Shown: positions 61,493 through 64,000 of the stretch, one piece after another | Layout: each line of letters begins with the position of its first letter | How positions within the stretch are numbered: the first letter of the stretch is position 1 | Origin: an uncultured Candidatus Saccharibacteria bacterium | GTDB lineage: Bacteria; Patescibacteriota; Minisyncoccia; Phycocordibacterales; CAIZLB01 | Assembly (NCBI GenBank): GCA_964550955.1 | Contig: CAZKAF010000001.1 | Location: 7,993-71,992, forward strand | Reading direction: 5' to 3' | Length of the DNA: 64,000 bases | Position numbers and translations under genes: made by a program | Notes under the pieces: generated by a model | Told to the model about the DNA's origin: nothing | Databases searched by the model: none | What the model saw: only the letters and a program-made list of their open reading frames with translations

Positions 61493-62815
61493 TTATTCTA
61501 AAATTACTTTTTTGTGTATTAAAATCAACTTACTCTTGAACGATTGCATGAGTTCTCGCTTCTCCTCAACGGTTCCTTCTTTAAGTAAGTATTTTGCATA
61601 AGCTCTAACGTCAATCTTACTTTGCTTGTCTTCCTGATCTCGGGTGAGTCCTAGCACTTTATTTCTGAAGTTATTGAACCTACCCATTTCCAGCTCGAGC
61701 TTCTGCCGCACTCCGATCTTGTCCAGATCAATCTTCTCAATGATTTCGATGAGCTGCGTAATTAATTGTTGCTCGGGCAGGTAAGTGTTCTTGCAGTATT
61801 TGTCATAGAAGCGAGTGCAGCTGTAGTAGATATGTTTTCTTTGCGTGCCGTCGATAAGGCCTTTGAATTTCTCTTGCGCACAGACTCCTGAGTTGCAGAG
61901 TCCGCACTTCATCAATCTCGTGAATGCGAATTCCTTTCTAGTCGGTCCCTTAGGTTTGTTCATGTCCAGTTTCTCCTGAACCTTTTTGAATAGCTCTTGG
62001 CTGATGATCGGCTCATGCTGGCCTACAAACCATTTGCCGCTTTTCCTGGGATATTCAAGAAGTCCGCAGTAGAGGGGGTTCCTGAGAACTGTGAATATAT
62101 TTCCAAGTGAGAATGGCTTATTCCCTCTGGTCTTGAATTTGAGGTCTTCCTTCATCCATCTGTACAGATCCCGTCCGCTCCATTTCTCGTATGCGACTTT
62201 CTCGAACATGATTTTGATCGCATGGGCTCTCTGGGGATCCTGAATGATATGGCATTTCTTCGTCCTGTCCGGATGGTTCAGATATCCGGTAGGGGCGACG
62301 GATGGCCAGAGCCCCATCTCGATTCTTGTACGAAGCCCTCGCTTAACGTTGATGCTCTTGTTGTCGTTCTCAAGCTTTGCTTGTGAGCCGAGGATCATCA
62401 GCAAGAATTTCTCATTCGGATTATTCGTGAACTTCTGGCTATATGTCCTGATTTCGATTAGCTTCTTCTGGTCGAGAAGATCTACGAGTGCACCGAGATC
62501 TCCAGCGTTACGCGCAAGGCGATCAGGATGCCATACGAGTATTCCTGTGAACTTTCCCATTCGGATATCGGCAAGAAGCTGGTTGTAGACAGGGCGCTGC
62601 CCGCAGTCTTTTGCCGAATGGGATTCTCTGTAGATTTGCCCGACTTCCAGCCCGTTCTTCTGGGCAAGCTCCAGCATTTCCTTCACTTGGGAATCGATGG
62701 ACAAAGCCTGCTTTTCTTCCGCTTCGCTCGACTTGCGGGCATACAGGGCGTATTTGGTGGTTATTAATGGCTCGACCTCGTCAGGAGTCACTTGTAGCGG
62801 GTTTTGTATTTGCAC
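61493..62815 (-). CDS. Large serine recombinase (resolvase/integrase family)
   Basis: N-terminal resolvase domain YALYARKSSEAEEKQALSIDSQ (catalytic Ser), VWHPDRLAR, a recombinase domain and a C-terminal zinc ribbon (CGLC...SCTRFYDKYC) plus coiled coil. Confidence 0.85.
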   Translation of the reverse strand: MQIQNPLQVTPDEVEPLITTKYALYARKSSEAEEKQALSIDSQVKEMLELAQKNGLEVGQIYRESHSAKDCGQRPVYNQLLADIRMGKFTGILVWHPDRLARNAGDLGALVDLLDQKKLIEIRTYSQKFTNNPNEKFLLMILGSQAKLENDNKSINVKRGLRTRIEMGLWPSVAPTGYLNHPDRTKKCHIIQDPQRAHAIKIMFEKVAYEKWSGRDLYRWMKEDLKFKTRGNKPFSLGNIFTVLRNPLYCGLLEYPRKSGKWFVGQHEPIISQELFKKVQEKLDMNKPKGPTRKEFAFTRLMKCGLCNSGVCAQEKFKGLIDGTQRKHIYYSCTRFYDKYCKNTYLPEQQLITQLIEIIEKIDLDKIGVRQKLELEMGRFNNFRNKVLGLTRDQEDKQSKIDVRAYAKYLLKEGTVEEKRELMQSFKSKLILIHKKVILE

Positions 62816-62991
62816 ACCAACACAAGTACCGTAAAGACCTTTTCAAAGCTACCTAATACTACAACACGGAGCAGAAGGTTGAACAAGTCAACTACACATT
62901 TTTTAATAATGAAGCTAGATTTGTCAGTATGTTGTGTAATTCAAACAATCTATATGTAGAGGCTAATTTCCTATATAATAGGCTTAACATT

Positions 62992-64000
62992 ATGGTTTCT
63001 AGCCAGAAAAAATTGGAGAATTTACTTCGCAGACACAGTGTAATAGCTGAGGATGGTTTTTTTCTTATTTCGTTTATTTATATAAAGAAACACATTTTTA
63101 ATATCAAGGAATCAAATCTAGAAGAGATATTTAAAAAAGGAGATAAGATATTTAAAAAAATTAGCGCCGATAAGAATCTTGTTGCCTTTTTGGATGAGAT
63201 TGTTTTGTTAGATCCGTATGGAGAGCATTTGCCCGTATGGTATCAATTTTTTCTAAGCAGAAGATTTAGAGGTAATTCAGGTAAATTTTTTACACCTCGA
63301 TCAATTGCTAAGGCAATGGCAGACCTTCTGCCCATTAAAAAAGATGCGATCGTAATGGACCCTACTTGTGGAGGAGGAACCTTTTTATTGGAAGTGTCGA
63401 AAAGATGGGGAAATACACCCGTACATCTTGTGGGTAATGATTTAGATGAATCATTAATTGATTTATCCACTTTGGTTTTATCTATTGGTACGCAAAAGAA
63501 TCATAAGAAATCATTTTTAAATACAGACATCTATGAATCTCAGAAGTTCGGTATCTGGAAAGGAAAAGTTGATTACATTCTTGCTAACCCTCCTTTTTCT
63601 TTGCCGATAAAACAAGTTGAGTCTGGGAGCAATCTCTTTAATTTGGGCTATAAAACAAGCGATGCTGTTTTTCTAGATATATGCAAAGATCTTTTAAAAG
63701 ATGATGGTACTCTTGTTTGTCTGCTTCCTCATTCAATTATTGCTAATGCGGAGTATCAGCGTTTGAGAGAAGTTGTTGAGAATGACTGGAATCTTTTGGG
63801 GGTTATCGGTATGCCAGAAGGAATATTTCATCTCACAGCGGGAACTACAGCAAGGGCAGACATTGTAATGTTAAAAAAGAAAGGTAAAAAATCTCTCTCG
63901 GAATCAAAAACTTTTTTTGGATTTGCTCCTTCGATAGGGATACCTTTCAATAATAGACTAGCAACCTCAACAAAGAACGAATTGCAAGATCTTGTTAATA
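62992..64000 (+). CDS. N6-adenine DNA methyltransferase (HsdM/N6_Mtase family), 3'-truncated by the window edge.
   Basis: Hand translation of frame 1 from ATG 62992 gives GKFFTPRSIAKAMADLL (HsdM-type FxTPR), VMDPTCGGGTFLL (motif I) and ILANPPFS (NPPF motif IV). It is absent from the ORF track because no stop lies within the window. Confidence 0.75.
   Translation, partial: MVSSQKKLENLLRRHSVIAEDGFFLISFIYIKKHIFNIKESNLEEIFKKGDKIFKKISADKNLVAFLDEIVLLDPYGEHLPVWYQFFLSRRFRGNSGKFFTPRSIAKAMADLLPIKKDAIVMDPTCGGGTFLLEVSKRWGNTPVHLVGNDLDESLIDLSTLVLSIGTQKNHKKSFLNTDIYESQKFGIWKGKVDYILANPPFSLPIKQVESGSNLFNLGYKTSDAVFLDICKDLLKDDGTLVCLLPHSIIANAEYQRLREVVENDWNLLGVIGMPEGIFHLTAGTTARADIVMLKKKGKKSLSESKTFFGFAPSIGIPFNNRLATSTKNELQDLVN

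Larger units (their letters stand above)
58144..64000. mobile_element. Putative tRNA-Gln-adjacent integrated defense island (AT-rich cargo plus a large serine recombinase); the right end lies beyond the window.
   Basis: GC drops abruptly after the tRNA. Cargo is a SIR2/HerA pair and an N6-MTase. The recombinase gene is convergent with HerA (5-bp gap) and has a distinct, higher GC. Confidence 0.45.

Overview
This window is a bacterial chromosomal segment of moderately high GC (about 55-60% by eye). It is dominated by core information-processing genes: typA, lepA, a trmD/KH pair, rpoB-rpoC-dnaG-rpoD, hisS, truB, eno, dus, dnaX and argS. It also carries a MacAB-like ABC exporter operon, a P-type ATPase, a compact type IV pilus/competence-like cluster, and tRNA-Arg(CCT), tRNA-Phe(GAA) and tRNA-Gln(TTG). 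The short RpoB (1063 aa), short DnaX and Lys/Ala/Pro-rich tails on housekeeping proteins suggest, by inference only, a small-genome lineage such as Patescibacteria/CPR-like. Three visibly AT-rich segments (about 35-40% GC) interrupt the backbone. The first (8716-14480) is a tightly packed same-strand four-gene operon: a class-III aminotransferase, a CYTH/VTC-like hypothetical, an N-truncated ALDH-like protein and an arginyl-tRNA synthetase. I know of no described system with this combination. The second (24480-25380) is a small insert after trmD carrying a membrane peptide and a NYN-domain nuclease. The third (58073-64000) is a tRNA-Gln-adjacent defense island with a SIR2-family protein plus a HerA-like ATPase (SIR2-HerA-type antiphage module), a large serine recombinase and the start of an N6-adenine DNA methyltransferase that runs off the window. 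Other oddities: tandem degenerate tRNA 5'-half-like repeats upstream of tRNA-Phe, a G11 homopolymer plus a perfect 15-bp palindrome at the right edge of the first AT-rich island, histone-H1-like KAP-rich N-terminal extensions on both RpoD and enolase, and a standalone PurH IMP-cyclohydrolase (MGS) domain. No CRISPR array or rRNA was seen.
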